From: Geosiphon pyriformis uo1
Taxonomy: Eukaryota > Fungi > Glomeromycota
NCBI GenBank assembly: GCA_016748015.1
Contig: JAAOMT010000602.1
Coordinates: forward strand, 509,696 to 573,695
Direction of reading: 5' to 3'
DNA: 64,000 bases
Below are positions 26,001 to 40,145 of the stretch, one piece after another. Positions within the stretch are counted from its first letter, which is position 1; each line of letters opens with the position of its first letter. The notes beneath the pieces were generated by a model. The model did no database searches. It had not been told where the DNA came from and saw only the letters and a program-made list of their open reading frames with translations. Made by a program: the position numbers and the translations under genes.

Positions 26001-26280
26001 TATGATTTGTTGATAGGTTGGTGTTTTGAATTAATTCTTTATAGAAAGTTTCTCTTGCTGATTCAGTATTCACTGGTGTTTCTAATAAAGAGGAAATTTT
26101 TTCGTTGACATAAAAATTGAAGGCTGATTTGGCAAATATATGATTGTGATTTAATCCCAAGTATTGACAATAGTATTAAAATAAGGATTTTGCAAATCCT
26201 AAATGGTTTGCTTCTATGTTTTCTGATTCTGCCACTTTTGGTTTGGTGTTGTTGGTGCTGGTTCTCTGTAAGATTATACC
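20043..26280 (-). pseudogene. Element A polyprotein: pre-gag domain, Gag (CCHC), aspartic protease, Cys-rich domain, dUTPase, RT, RNase H
   Basis: Motifs CHYCGNQGHIQIDC, LILDSG, DAGFNL/RSSLA/IIDVGY/IAQAIF, MPFGLTNAPATFQ, YLDD, TDAS and NADSLS. Gag and protease lie in one frame (23416-24933). Confidence 0.93.
21870..22235 (-). pseudogene. dut: dUTPase domain of element A
   Basis: dUTPase motifs 1-4 are in frame. Motif 5 (GFGST-like) follows a small frameshift. Confidence 0.9.
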
Positions 26281-26295
26281 TCACAGGGAGCACCA
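26279..26295 (-). promoter_or_regulatory. Primer-binding site of A (TGGTGCTCCCTGTGAGG), probably elongator tRNA-Met
   Basis: Lies 2 nt from the LTR and is complementary to a tRNA 3' end CCUCACAGGGAGCACCA. The tRNA identity is inferred from resemblance to eukaryotic elongator tRNA-Met 3' ends. Confidence 0.8.
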
Positions 26296-26297
26296 AA

Positions 26298-27182
26298 TGT
26301 TACAGGTGATTATTTCTGCTGTTGAATTAAATAACAAACCTGTAACTTGGTGCTCAAAAACTACTTCCATTGAGGCTGTTCTGAAGGTGCTGTATCTGAA
26401 GGTTTTGGTTGATCTGAAGGTTTTGGTTAAGTCCTTTGTATAATGAACAGAGATTCAATAGTGTCAATAGTAGAGATATTTTCCAAGAGTTTTCCCAATT
26501 TTTTTCTCAGTGTGGTGGCTAGATTTAGTCTGGCAGTTGTGCCCTTCTGGTAAGCTATCCGATAATATATAAAAATCCTACCCATATTTCTGGGTCTTTT
26601 ACCAGGCTATCCTTGACATCAATAACTCAGTGCTTAATTATTTATCAATTAGTATATAACAACAAATCAAAATAAAATAAAGAAAAAAAGAAATAAAAGA
26701 AAATAAAGAAAGCAAAGAAATAAGCCAAGGCAATTTGCAGATTAGTATTCTGTCAATAGCTATGATCAAGAGCTATTGTTCCAGTGTAGTCAAGTATCAA
26801 TTACTATCAACATGAAGGGTTGATAGTGGGGAAAGTGGATGGAGATATAAAATAATTATTTATTTGATGATTGCATTTCTAGGCTAAAGATTCTGTGGTA
26901 TTGATTCTCTTTCTTGTTCCTATCACTACTGCTATATATACATAATTGGGATTCCTCAATTCCTTGATTCTTTATGACAGGAATCCTGGAATTCCTGGAA
27001 TCCTGCGATTCCTTTGAGAGGAATCCTGAAATTCTGGAATTCTGCAATTTTTCGTTAAGAATCCTGAAATTCCTGGAATCCTACAATTCTTGAAAGAAAT
27101 CCTGGAATTCCACATTTACTATGCTTACTTCTAATTGGCTAATAATTATGCTAATATATTTCTTATATTTCTATGAGTAACA
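26298..27182 (-). repeat. 5' LTR of A
   Basis: Direct repeat of 17019-17903, adjacent to the PBS. Confidence 0.95.
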
Positions 27183-27777
27183 ATATAAAAAAAATAAAAT
27201 TGTGTCAAGAAAAACGTTTTTCTATTCAGGCCTGGAGTTACTAACAAATTATTAAAATTGGTAGCTAATTAATTTCAAAATGTTAGTTGTGTTTAAGAGA
27301 ATTTTAAGTGTAATAATTCAAAGAATTTGGTTTTCAAATATTTAATTTTTATTTGAGATATGTAAAAGATAATTTGTTTTAATTAAGATATTAAGAAAAA
27401 ATACTTTTTTTTAAAGAAAAAAGCTTTTTTTTTATATAACTTGTTGTAATACTAGTTTTTAAACTTATATTTTTCTCTTTGCTCTAATTTTGGTAAACTA
27501 AAAATACATTTCAGTAAACTACAAGTTATTTCTACAAACTATTAATTATTTTAGCCAATTTTTATCAATTTTGGCAAATTTTGATTATATTAAATGGTTC
27601 AAAGTATTGTGTAATTTGATTATCCTAATTTTTTAGTACAAATTGAATTATTAATTAAATAATAATTTGATTTAAATAATAAGTGATAATTGAAATAATA
27701 ATAATATATGCTAATTAATAATAGGAATTATAAGGATAATTTTATGCTAATTAATGACTAGAATTCTACTGGTAACA
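27183..27777 (-). repeat. Solo LTR of C family, right part
   Basis: Continues the C LTR sequence to CTGGTAACA. Flanks are ACAG/ATGA and no internal C sequence is present. Confidence 0.9.
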
Positions 27778-29413
27778 ATGACTGTTCACACAATGATAAT
27801 AAAATTTGAAAAATGACAATTGTTAAAATTAAAGGCACATTTTCAGAAGAAATAAAAACTATTAAAAACAACTCATCAGAACCCAAAAAGAGCATTTAAA
27901 TTCCAAACTCCAATATTATCCTCAACATTATGAATTCAAAACAATTTTATAAACACTACCAAATATTAGCATCCACTAGAAAGAAGCAAAAGCAATGTTT
28001 AGAACAGTTTAATACTTATTTATGTAACTATTGTTTAATTTTGTGTAATTTTTAGTATTGTAATAATTGTAACATTATTTACAATTTACTACCACACATG
28101 ATTTATTTAATCTCTGAAAAAGAAGAACCAATTAACAAGTGTATATTAAAATCAGAATTGAAAATCAATTGTGATTTAGACTTTGACTATAATGACAACA
28201 ATAGTTCTAACTCTGTTTACAATAATAATTTAAACTTCAATTATAACTCTGAACAATATATCATGCTTTTAGATCTGTTAATAGAGCAAGAACTAAAATG
28301 GTTTAGTAATAATGAGAAAGATATTATGTTAGAACATATACATAATATTAATACAGAATTTGATTTCAGATATTTAAAAAAAATGGCCATCAAATTGGAA
28401 CCACATTTGTGTACCAGCATTGATCTAAAAATAGTGCTGAAAATTTTAACAACAACAATGATTCAGTTAGTATCTAAATCTAGTTTAGCAAAAAAAGAGA
28501 TTAATATCAGAGAGGAAATAATTAATACAGGATATATAAAAAATATTATTGCAATACTACAAAATAATTCAGAAAAATCATATATAATTAAACCAAATGA
28601 AAAGATAACACAGGCAATATTCCTACCTCTGGTGAAAATAACTCAATTAGTGCTAATAAGAACAAGAAAAAAATTAGAGATTACAGCCAGAAAAAAAAAT
28701 AGATTCAGATTAACAAGTAAAATAGACATATTAGTCAATATAACAAAAAAAAAAACAATTAATAAAGGAAAAATTATCTCCACCCATTAATTAATTTTTA
28801 TTCTACTATATAATCAGTATATGTTAGTAATAGAGAGAAAAATAAGAGACCAGCTCCAGATTTTTGAAGCAAAACCAACTATTTGTAAATCAAGAAAGAT
28901 TAAAATTACTAATCTCTACATATTAGCCAAAAACAATAAACACATCAAAATTTCTATCTACAATACAACTAAAAACACCATTAAAATACCAAACAAAACT
29001 ACCATCAGATACTTAAACACTGAAGTTAAGAGCCAACTACCAAACATTATTTCAGATTTTGCACAGCTTTGCAGATATATAGATATCATATTACAAACAA
29101 TATATGAATGAGAAGAATGTTATTTGCTCCAACCAGAACAATTAGACTAAATAAACTTGAAAAACTTAGATTTACTTTAATATATGCAACACAAAATGCT
29201 TTTCAATAATTTTACTGACATATTTGCCAGTAAAAATGAATTTGGCTGAATTAAGATCATCCAATACCAAATCAAAAGTAGAGATATTATGCCAATTAAA
29301 AATAAGCATACCAAGTACCACCAACAAGTCATAAAATTATTTGACAAAAAATCAACAAAATGTTGGACAATAGGTTAATTTAACCATTAATAAGTCTATG
29401 ATTATCACCAGTA
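27778..29413 (+). mobile_element. Ty3/Gypsy element E, 3' remnant (Cys-rich end, dUTPase, start of RT), truncated
   Basis: Resumes after the solo LTR at the homologous 'LDGCPHDD' position. ORF 28098-28790 carries decayed dUTPase motifs. It ends at an inverted junction with D. Confidence 0.88.
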
Positions 29414-32400
29414 AGATTATGTTGGTTCTGCCAAATTCATTTTTACTAGCAAAGATGTTATTAAAGTTGTTGAGTAACATTTTAAGCTGCATATGTTGTA
29501 GTGGGTCTAAATTTTCCAAGTTTATCTGTTCCAATTGTTCTGGTTAGAGCAGATAACATTTTTCTCATCCATATATTGTCTAAGATGTGATATCTACATA
29601 TCTGCACAGTTGTAGAAAGTCTGGAATAGTGTTGGGCAGTTGGTCTTCAATTTTAGTGGTTAAATATCCAATGGTAGTTCCTTCTGGTATCTCAATAATG
29701 TTCCTTGTATTGTTGTAAATAGAAATTTTGATGTGATTGTGGTTCTTGGCTGGTATGTGTAGATTGACTAATCTGATTTCTCCTGATTTACAAAGTGTTG
29801 CTTTGGCTTTAAAAATCTGAACCTGATTTTTCATTTTTTTTTCTATGGTTAACATGCACTAGTCATATGGTGGAATAGAAATTAATTGCCAGGTAAAGAT
29901 AATTTCTTCTTTGTTAACAATTTTTTCTTCTGCCATATTAACTAGTACATCTATTCTACTTGTGAATTCAAAACCCTGTATTTCTCTAGCTATAATCCCT
30001 AATTTTTCTCTGTTTCCCTCTAATACTAATTGAGCTATTTTAACCAAAAGCAAGAATATTGCCTGTGTTATCTTTTTGTTTGGCTCTATTATATAGGCCT
30101 TTTCTGAATCATTTTGTAGCATTGCAATGATATTTTTTACATATCTTGCATTAATTATTCCTTCTCTAATGTTAATTCTTTTTTTTGCTAAACTACTTCT
30201 GAATGCTAATTGAACTATTGTTGTTGCTGGAATTTCTAGTGCTATTTTAAGATTAATACAAGTGTGCGAGTGTGGTTTCAATTTGATAACATCCTGTTTC
30301 AGATATTTCAGATCAAATTCTAAATCAGTATTATGTGCTCGTTCTGGCATAATGCCTTTATTATTATTACTGAACCATTTGAGTTCCTGTTTTTTGGAGA
30401 GATTAAAAAGAGCAATATATTGTTTAGGGTTTGAATCAGAGTTTAAAACATTGTAATTGTTATTGTTAATTTGAATGGAGCTGGAACCATTGTTTTCATC
30501 ATTGTCATTGTCAGAGTTTGAATCAGGATTAAACAATGATTCCAATTCTGATACACAGCTGCTGATTGGTTTGTCTTTCTCTAAAATTGTGTAGATCATG
30601 CATGATGGTAGATTGTAGATAAAATCACACTTATTACAGTATTGAAAGTTACATAAGATCAAACAATAGTCACATAGTCTTGTGTTTATTTCTTCCAACT
30701 GTTGCTCTTGTTTTTCTCTAGTGGATGCTAATTCTTGGTTGTGCTTGTGGAATTGTTCTGGGTCTATAGGCTTTAGGATAATATCTGGATTTGAGCTCCA
30801 GTCAAGTTCTATGGATTCCAGTGAGTTATTTTTGATTGTCTTTATTTCTTTTACTAATGCTTCTTCGATTTTAGCAAGTGCCATTTGCCAGATTTTGTTA
30901 TCATTATGTGGACAACCATTCAGACATTTTACTGCTTTTCTTTAGATGGCTTCTATGAAAGTTTTTTTTTGTACTCAGTTACTGATTAGAATCATGTATT
31001 GACATGATTTGTTACAAGTTCTTTCTTGTCCAAGAATGTTGTTCCATATTTCTTCATCTAATAGAGTTTCTTTACAAGTAAAACAAGGTTTGTTGTCTCA
31101 TTTTTCTTGTCATTTTGGTCGTCCAAAGCATTCTAAGATACAAAGACAACAATAAAACTTGGTTGCTGTGGAGTATTCTTCATCATTGTCACAGCATGTG
31201 CCCATTGATGACAATTTCTTGTCACAATCAACACATACTAGTTTTGGTCAGCAGTAATTGGATGGTTAAGGTAAAGTATAAATGTATTGAGTATAAGTGG
31301 CAGTGGTGGTTGGTGTTGGTTCTTCTTTTTTCTTTTTTCCTTGTTATTTTCCTTCCACTTCCAAGTTGATATCAATTTGGTGCTATCATTATCAGTTCAC
31401 TATGTTTGGTTAGTGTTTTCAGTAAGTTTCTCTTTTTTTTTCCTTTCCATTGTTGTTCTAGAATAATACTGGTGGCAGTTTATTGTGATTGGTGTTGGTC
31501 TATGAAACTTGATAGGCTTCTCAGGTAGGTTTTTTTTCTTTTTCTTCCAATTTGATAAGTGGTTTGTTATTGGTAGTGGTCTTGAAATGACCACAAGTGG
31601 CTGGCACATGTGTGTGGTGGCCATTTTGGCTGATCTGCAGTTTTTGGATGTTCTAGTCAAGCATGGTGTTGGTTTTAAACAGCCAGTCATTTCCAACACA
31701 AGCTTGGTACTGAGTTGCTTCTATTACCAATACCTTGATTGGTATTATGATACCATTGACTTTAAATAGAAAGTTGTCTATCTCACCAATTGGAGTTTTG
31801 GTCACTTCATTGGTGGTTATGATTCTGGTGCTGGCAGCACAATTAATTTGGTGACCTAATTGGTTTATGAGTTGTTATGTAATAATACTGCCTGCTGACC
31901 TACTATTAAGGATAAGCTTGATAAAGTGACCATTGATTTTGGCATTAGTGTACATGATAATAATGGTTTTTCCTTGAGTATGGTTCCACTAAACAAGAGC
32001 GTAGATGTCAGTTTCTCAAATTCAAATGGAAAGATAACTGTGAGTAATTCATTATTGGTGATAATGGCTAAAAGTATATTGTTGATGAGTGGTTGTTTTT
32101 GGTTGGATTCTGTGTTGTTAAATAAAGCATCTTCTGGAGTTATCAAGAGACTTAAATAGTTCTAAAAACTCAGGTTTTGAATATACCTGGTTCTTGAATT
32201 CAGCTGGCATAATCCTAATGACTGGTTTGAGGAGCTAGAAATTGGGTGGTGTACAACTATTGCCGATCTCCAGTTTTGAATGACTCTGAATCTGAGATTT
32301 CTTGATGTTATCTAAGCTGAGTTTGGGATTAAGATTGTTAGTGTTTGATAGATTATTTGTGGCTGCAATGGTTGATAGATTATGGGTGTTGTTAGTTGAT

Positions 32401-33053
32401 AAATTAATGCTGGAGACTAATATACTGGAAATGAATATAATTACTGCATTATTGGGATTTGATAAATTGGCTGCATTACTGAAAAGTAATGTAATTGAGA
32501 TTGGTATTGTTTTGGTGATTGATTACTGATGTAATTCTGAATTTGAAGTCAGCAATCAGAGCTTCAATACTGATTAGCTGATCTTAAGTTGCTTATCTTT
32601 TTGTAACATTCAAATTGTAAATGTCCTTGTTTATTACAATAGTAGCATATACATGTTTTTTGCTATCACTAGTAATTAGTTGACAATGCTGGACATAGTT
32701 GATTTTGGACATGATTAAAGTTTTTTTGATTATTGTATTATTAAAAAGATTAATAAATTGTCTAATTGTTATTAGCTAAGTATTTCTCTAATTTCTGGTT
32801 GATTAAATCACTAAATTGCTTCAGCTTGGAATTCAAGTTAGATGATCCATTTATTATTAAATTTATGGCTTGGGCATAGTTGGCTTCTAACTCAATGGCT
32901 TCAAAATCTCTGGCATAGATGATTGTAGTTTGAAGATCTGCTGAATGTAATGGACATATACATTGAAGAATACTACTGTACAGGCCTCTAATAAATTAAT
33001 TTAGAATTTGTAGTGCTGTGAAATAATCAACTTGTATTATCTGAATTTGGTGC
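29414..33053 (-). mobile_element. Ty3/Gypsy element D, 3' remnant (gag end, protease, Cys-rich domain, dUTPase), truncated just before RT
   Basis: ORF 29859-30884 contains RSSLA/IINARY/QGFEFT. Colinear with A. Confidence 0.9.
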
Positions 33054-33883
33054 TGTTATTCATAGAATATAGGAAGTATATATTAGCATAAATTAGCCAA
33101 TCAGAAGTAACCATAGTAAATATGGAATTCCAGGATTCTTCTCAAAAGAATTACAGGATTCCAGGAATTTCAGGATTTTCATACAAGAAATCACAAAATT
33201 CCAGAATTTTAGGATTCCTCTCAAAGGAATTGCAGGGTTCCAGGAATTCCAGAATTCCTGGTGTAAAGAATTGAAGAATTGAGGAATCTCAATTATGTAT
33301 ATATAGCAGTAGAATTAGAAGCAGAAAGGATAGATTTCTTCATTCAGATTTAATCTAAGCAATCTTTCACATCACAAATATCCATAAATAATTATTCAAT
33401 ATCTCAAACTTTACTCTCCACTATTAACACTTTATGTTGATAACAATTAATACTTAATATCACTAGAACAATAGCTCTTGATCACAGCTATTAATGAGAT
33501 ATTAATGCCCAAATTGCCTTGACTTATTTTTTTTATTTTTTTTATTTTTTTTGTTATTTCTTTAAATTACTAATTGATTAAAAATTAAGTGCTGAATTAT
33601 TAATGTCAAGGATTGCCTGGTAAAAGACCTCTGTGAGTGGGTAGAGCATGTAAAAAATATGGATTACTTACCAGAAGATTGCTGGCTATTAAGCTGAAGA
33701 AAAAAATTGACAGAATTGCAATATAGAAAAACAACTATTGAATCTTTGTTTATTATACAAAGAACTCAATCAAAACCTTCAGATAACCATATCATTAGAT
33801 CCCCATCATTGCAAATAAGCTTTTGAGCACCAAGTTATGGGTTTTGTTATTTGCTTTGAGACCCCAAATAATCATGTATAACA
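33054..33883 (+). repeat. 5' LTR of B
   Basis: TGTTAT...ATAACA followed by TTTGGTGCTC. Confidence 0.93.
33080..33312 (+). promoter_or_regulatory. U3 promoter of A-family LTR: ATTAGCAT box, CCAAT box, tandem GGAATTCC/GGATTCC repeats, TATA box
   Basis: The order ATTAGCAT-AGCCAATCAG-repeats-TATATATAG is conserved, with decay, in the LTRs of A, B, D, E and F. Confidence 0.6.
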
Positions 33884-33900
33884 TTTGGTGCTCTCTGTGA

Positions 33901-36900
33901 AGTATAATCCTACAAAAAACCAGTACCAATAACAATCATCCAAAAATAGCAGAATCAGAAATCATACGAGCAAACTATTTAGGATTTGCCAAATCTTTGT
34001 TTCAACAGTACAGCCAACAATTAGGATTAAACAATAATTATTTTCCAGCAGAATCAGCCTTTAACTTTTACATCAACAAAAAAATCACAGACTGCTTAGA
34101 AGAAACAGTTAACATTGAATCTACAAGAGAAAATTTTTATACAGAATTGTTTCAACATACCAGCTTACCAAAAAATTACAGTTTTACACCAATCATTAGG
34201 AAAATCAATCAAATCATTAAAAGGTACACCCAACAACAATTCTCTATTACCTATGCAGACAAAGGCAAGGAAAGATTGTAAACACCAACAGTAACACCAA
34301 AACAGATACAACCATCCACTTGGAAGAAAACCAGAGTTGAATTACCAACCAATTCATCATACTATTATACACCTGGAAGTGTTATCAATATTTCCTTAGC
34401 AGACACATCCACATTAAACACGACATCAATCTTTGAACAATTACTATTTCAAAGTAAACAAAGAAAAACAGAATTGTTAAGACCATACAGCAAATATTTT
34501 GAAGGATTTAAATCGCAATTACCAACGCCATCAAAATTTTGATTACTACCACCTCAACTAGATTTCAGAACCGCAAGTTCATAAAAAGTAACTGAATCAA
34601 AAGAAAAAGAAAATAAGGATCAGGAATTTACTTACCAAAACTCAATCTTAGAAAATCAGGAAGTTGAAACTCCAAACATTCAAACCCAAAACAATCTAAA
34701 CCCCGAAATAGTTAATTAACAAAACTTATCTCCAGTAATCATCATTGATCAGCCACTAACTAAACCGATTATTAAACCAATTCAACAGCAGCCACTTCAG
34801 CAACTGCTCCAACAACTATTTCAACTACCTCAACAACCACTGCAGCCACTTCTACAATCACAACAACAACTTCAACCACCACATCAACAACTGATTGTAC
34901 TAATGGCTTATGCTTCAATAGCTAAACTCAAGAAATTTACTGGCAAAAAAGACAATGCCCAGGTATGGCTGAATGATGTGAAAAAAGCTATCACAGTTAA
35001 TAGATGAAACAATGCCAGAGCCATGCAAGCCATCTTTTATTTCCTCCAAGATACTGCTGACTCATGGTATCAAAGCTTAGCTAATAAATCACAGAATTTT
35101 AATGTATTCAAGTTTGCATTCCTACAATACTTCAGCAATAATAATAATATCAATTGCCTAGTAAATACTTTCACCACCATCAAACAAAAAGAAAATAAAG
35201 CAGTTACCACTTACTTAAGACACTTTTACAGAAATCTGTACCAAATTTAGACTATACAGGCTGATTATTTTACAGTGCCACAAATCCTGAATTAATTCAT
35301 TAGAGGACTGTGCAATAGCATCCTTCAGTACATATGCCCAATGCATTTAGCAGACCTTCAAGCCACAGTTACAAATGCCAGAGATCTTGAAGCAAATCAT
35401 GCCTAAGCCATAAATCTAGTAATGAATGGATCATTTGACTTGGATTCTAAATTGAAACAACTCAGTGATTTAATTAATCAGAAATTAGAGAAATACTTAG
35501 CTGACAATCACACAATTTATCAACCACCACAATGACACAATAATTCTGAAAACACGAATCATTTCCAAAATCAGTCATATCTATCATCATCATCATTCAA
35601 TCAGCTGTAGCAGTCAGAGATGTGGATCTGCCACAACTGTAGTAAACAAAGTCACATTAGAGCTAACTGTCATTCTTATAGTAATCTATGATCGAAAAAT
35701 CACTACTGAAACCCCAATCACAGAGTTCAAATCCCAAATTCTTACTCAAATTAAGAACAATATTAGTCTACTTACTTGTCAATAATACAATAAACAATAT
35801 ATTAACTACCTATATATCAATCTCCAGTTTATCAACCATAGTCACAAGTAATATATTAACCACAGCAGCCACAAATAATTTATCAAACACTCACAGTTCA
35901 AACACTGCCATCAAACCCAGCTCAAATGACATTGAGAAACTCTAGATTGAGAGTCACGCAAAATTGGAGATTAGCAATAGTTGTTTATCAACCAATTCCT
36001 AGCTCCTCCACATAACAATTAGGATCACATTCTCAGAATTTGGAAACTGGGCACACCCAAAACCTGAATTTCTAACACTATTTAAGTCTTCTGGTTACCT
36101 TAGAAGACATTCAACTCAATAACCCAGAAACCAACCAACAAGCAACACTTATTAACAACATTTCACCAGCTATCATTACCAAGAACAAATCACTGAATGC
36201 CATCTTTCTGTTTGAACTTGAAGAATTATCAACCACACTATTGTTTAGTGGAGCTGCTTTTAAAAAAAAACCTATTACCATCATGTACACTGATATCAAA
36301 GTTGATGACCATTTCATCAAACTGATCCTAAACAGTAGATCAGCTGACAACATCATTACAAGACAACTTATAAACCAATTAGATCACTGAGTTGATCAAG
36401 CTGCCAGTGCACAAATCATTATTGCTGATAGAGTGACCAAAACTCTGATCGGTAAAATCAATGACTTCTCTATAGAAGTCAACAGCATCATTGTGTTAAT
36501 CAAGGTATTAGTCATAAAAGCCACTCAATATCAAGCACTTATTGGCAATAACTGGCTGTTCATAACTAATGTAATACTTAATTAGAACATGCAAGAGCTT
36601 CAACTTAGCCAGAATGGTTGACACATATGTGTACCAGCAACATGTGGCCATTTCAAGACCACTAACATGTCAACACTACTCATCGAGTTTGAAAAAAAAG
36701 AAAAAAAACCTACCTAAGAAGCCTATTAAGTATTATGGGCTAAAAAAGACCACAACAAGCTACTACTAATACTCTTCTGGGATGACAATGGAAAAAGAAA
36801 ACAAAAAAAGAAACTTATCTGGAATGCCAACCAAGCCTGGGGAACTGACAATGATCTGGACAACTCATCAACTTGGGAGTGAGAAGAGACTAACAAGGGA

Positions 36901-39900
36901 AAAAAAAAAAAAAAGAAGAAACAACACCTATTAGCACCACTTATAATTATTACACCCACACTACATCACAATGATCTACCTATTGTCAACCAAAGCTTAT
37001 ATGCATCAATTGCAGCAAAAAATTGTTGTTAATAAGTGCATGCTATGGCAACAATGAGAAATACCAAACAACAACCAAGTTTTACTGTTACTTATGCGTC
37101 ATAGAACATTTTAGACAATTAAAATGACAGGAAAAATGGGACAACAAACTATGTCTCGCATGTAGAACTATTTTGCCTAACAAAAAAATATGGAATAACA
37201 TTCCTGGATGGAGAAGAATATGCGATAAAATGTGTCAATATATGATTCTAATCAATAACTGGGTATGCAAGGAAACACCAATTGACAACACCTCAAAATA
37301 AGCATTGTGATAATTGGAAGGATATTTCCACAATAAACATGAACTCTGAAGAATGGCGAATGCAAAAGCAGAAGATGCAACAACCAGTAAACTACTAGAA
37401 ATCAAAAACAACTCTCTATCTCTTCCTGAATCCAAATATGTCCAAACATTTGATGTCTTTGGTGATATTAAAGACGATTTAGAAGAATTTCACAAATATT
37501 ACTAGCAATTAGCACTTACTAGAGAAAAACAAGAGCAGTGTTTGGAGCAGTTGAATACTCAATTATGTTAACATTGCTTAATTCTCTGTGACTTCCAATA
37601 TTGTAATAAGTATGACCTTATTTACAATTTACCACCACACATAATCTACACAATTTCAGAAAAAAAAAACCAATCAGCAGCTATACATTAGAATCAGAAT
37701 CAACTTTCAATTCCAATTCAAACTCTGACAATAACAATGATGAAAACAATAGTTCCAGCTCTGCTGAACATAGCAACAAAAATTATGATAATTCAAACTC
37801 TGATTCAAACCCTGAAACATACATAGCACTTCCTGATTTCACTAAAAAACAGGAACTTAAATGGTTCAGCAATAATAATGAAGATATTATATTAGAATGT
37901 GTGCATAATACCAATGCAGAGTTTGATCTAAAATACCTGGGAAAATATTCTATCAAATTGGAACCCTATTTGTGCACCTGCATTGATCTTAAAATAGCAC
38001 TAAAAATTCTAGTAACAACAATAGTTCAGTTAACATTTAAAAGTAGTTTAGCCAAAAAGGGAATCAACATCAGAAAAGAAATAATTGATACAGAATACAT
38101 AAAAAATATCATTGCTATGATACAAAATGACTCAGAAAAGACATATATCATAGATTCAAACAAAAAAATAGCACAGGCAATATTCTTGCCTTTGGTTAAA
38201 ATAGCTCAGTTAGTATTAGTAGAAAACAGAGAAGAATTAGGAATAACAGCAAGAGGAATATAAGGATTCGGATCCACAAATAGAATAGATGTACTAGTTA
38301 ATATGGCAGAGAAAGAAATTGTTGACAAGAGAGAAATTATCTCCACCCATTAATCAATTTCTATTCCACTATATGACCAGTACATGGTAATTATAGAAAA
38401 AAAAATAAAGGATCAGGTTCAGATTTTTGAGGCAGAAGCAACACTTTGTGAATCAAAAGAGATTGGATTAGTCAATCTATACATACCAGCCAAAAACCAC
38501 AGTCACATCAAAATACCTATTTACAACAATACAGAAAACATTATCAAGATACCAGAAAGAACTACCATTGGATATTTAACCACAAAAATTGAAGAACAAC
38601 CACCAAATTCCTTTCCAGACTTTCTACAACTGTGTAGATATGTGGATATTACATCACAAACAATATATGGATAAGAAGAATGTTATCTGCTCCAACCAAA
38701 ACAATTGGAACAGATGAACTTGGGAAACTTAGACCCACTTTAATGAATACAACTCAAGATGTTACTCAACAATTTCAATAACATCTTTGCCAGTAAAAAT
38801 GAATTTGGCAGAACTAACATAATCCAGCACCAGATTAAGACTAAAAATGCAATGCCAATAAAACAAAGAGCATATAGAGTACCACTAATCAGCCATAAGA
38901 TCATTTATTAAGAAATTAACTGGATGTTTGACAATAAGCTAATTCAGTTATCAATGAACCTATGGTTATTACTAGTAGTATTAAGTCTGAAAGAAGAATA
39001 GAAAGATCTGTTTTTGTGTGGATTATTGAAAACTAAATGGAATAACTAAAGGTGATAGCTATCCAACTCCAAAGATCTATGAACTGTTTGATGCTTTTAG
39101 AGGAAAGAAATAGTTCTTGACTTTAGACTTAGACAATAATTACTAACAAGTAGCCATAAAGCCAGAAGATAAAGAAAAAACAGCTTTTACTACATAAAAA
39201 GAAAACTTCGAATTCGAAGTTATGCCATTTGGCTTGATGAATATACCAGCAACATTTCAACAGCTCATGAAAATTGTTTATACTAAACTATTGTGGAAAT
39301 CCGTAGTTGTTTACTTAGATGACACAAATATGTTTTTCAAAACATTTAATGACCATTTACATTATCTTCAACAAGTGTTTGAAAGATTGAGAAGAGCAGA
39401 ATTAAAGTTGAATGCAAATAAATGTTTTTTTGAAAAAACAGAACTCAAGTTCTTGGGACATGTGGTGAGCAAAGATGGCATCAAAACAGATCTGGATAAG
39501 ATTGCAATAGTAAAAAACTTTCCAATACCAACCAATTTAATGAAACTAAGAGCATTTTTAGGATTTGCAGGCTATTATCAGCATTTTATCAAGGACTTTT
39601 CTAAACTGGCTCAACCACTTCATTATCTACAAACCAAGAATGTGAAATATGAATGAACAATAGCTTAATAAGAAGTGTTTGACACACTGAGAAGAAAACT
39701 TATTCAAGCTTCAGTACTGATCTATTCAGACTACAGTAAACTATTTATTATTACTACAGATGTATCAGGCCAAGCATTGGGAGCAGTACTATCACAGAAA
39801 AAACCAGATGAAAGAGAACATCCAGTAGCATATGCTAGCCGAAGCTTGAGTCCAGCAGAAAAAAACTATGGAACACCAGCATTTGAACACTTAGCAATCT

Positions 39901-40115
39901 ATTGAGCAGTTATGAAATAGAAAGAATACTTAAACCAGAAATTTGATGTATATACAGATCACAAGGGATTTATTTCGATCCAAAATCAAGAATTTAAAGA
40001 TGATTATTATACAAGATAGAAAATAGCACTATCACTATATACATTTACAGTACATTATAAAAAGAGAAAAAACAATAGAAATGCTGACAGATTGTCGCGA
40101 ATGAGACAAATCTAA
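33901..40115 (+). pseudogene. Element B polyprotein (pre-gag, Gag from ATG 34903, PR, Cys-rich, dUTPase ~37905-38285, RT, RNase H)
   Basis: Motifs MAYA.., AEFDL/KSSLA/IIDTEY/IAQAIF/GFGST, MPFGL, YLDD, AYASR and NADRLSRMRQI*. Confidence 0.92.
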
Positions 40116-40145
40116 AAACATTTCAACCCAAAAATATAACAAAAC

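Larger units (their letters stand above)
17019..27182 (-). mobile_element. Full-length Ty3/Gypsy LTR retrotransposon A (dUTPase-bearing)
   Basis: Two 885-bp LTRs TGTTAC...GTAACA, a PBS and a PPT. Domain order gag-PR-RT-RH-IN. 4-bp TSD ATGT/ATAT. Confidence 0.96.
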
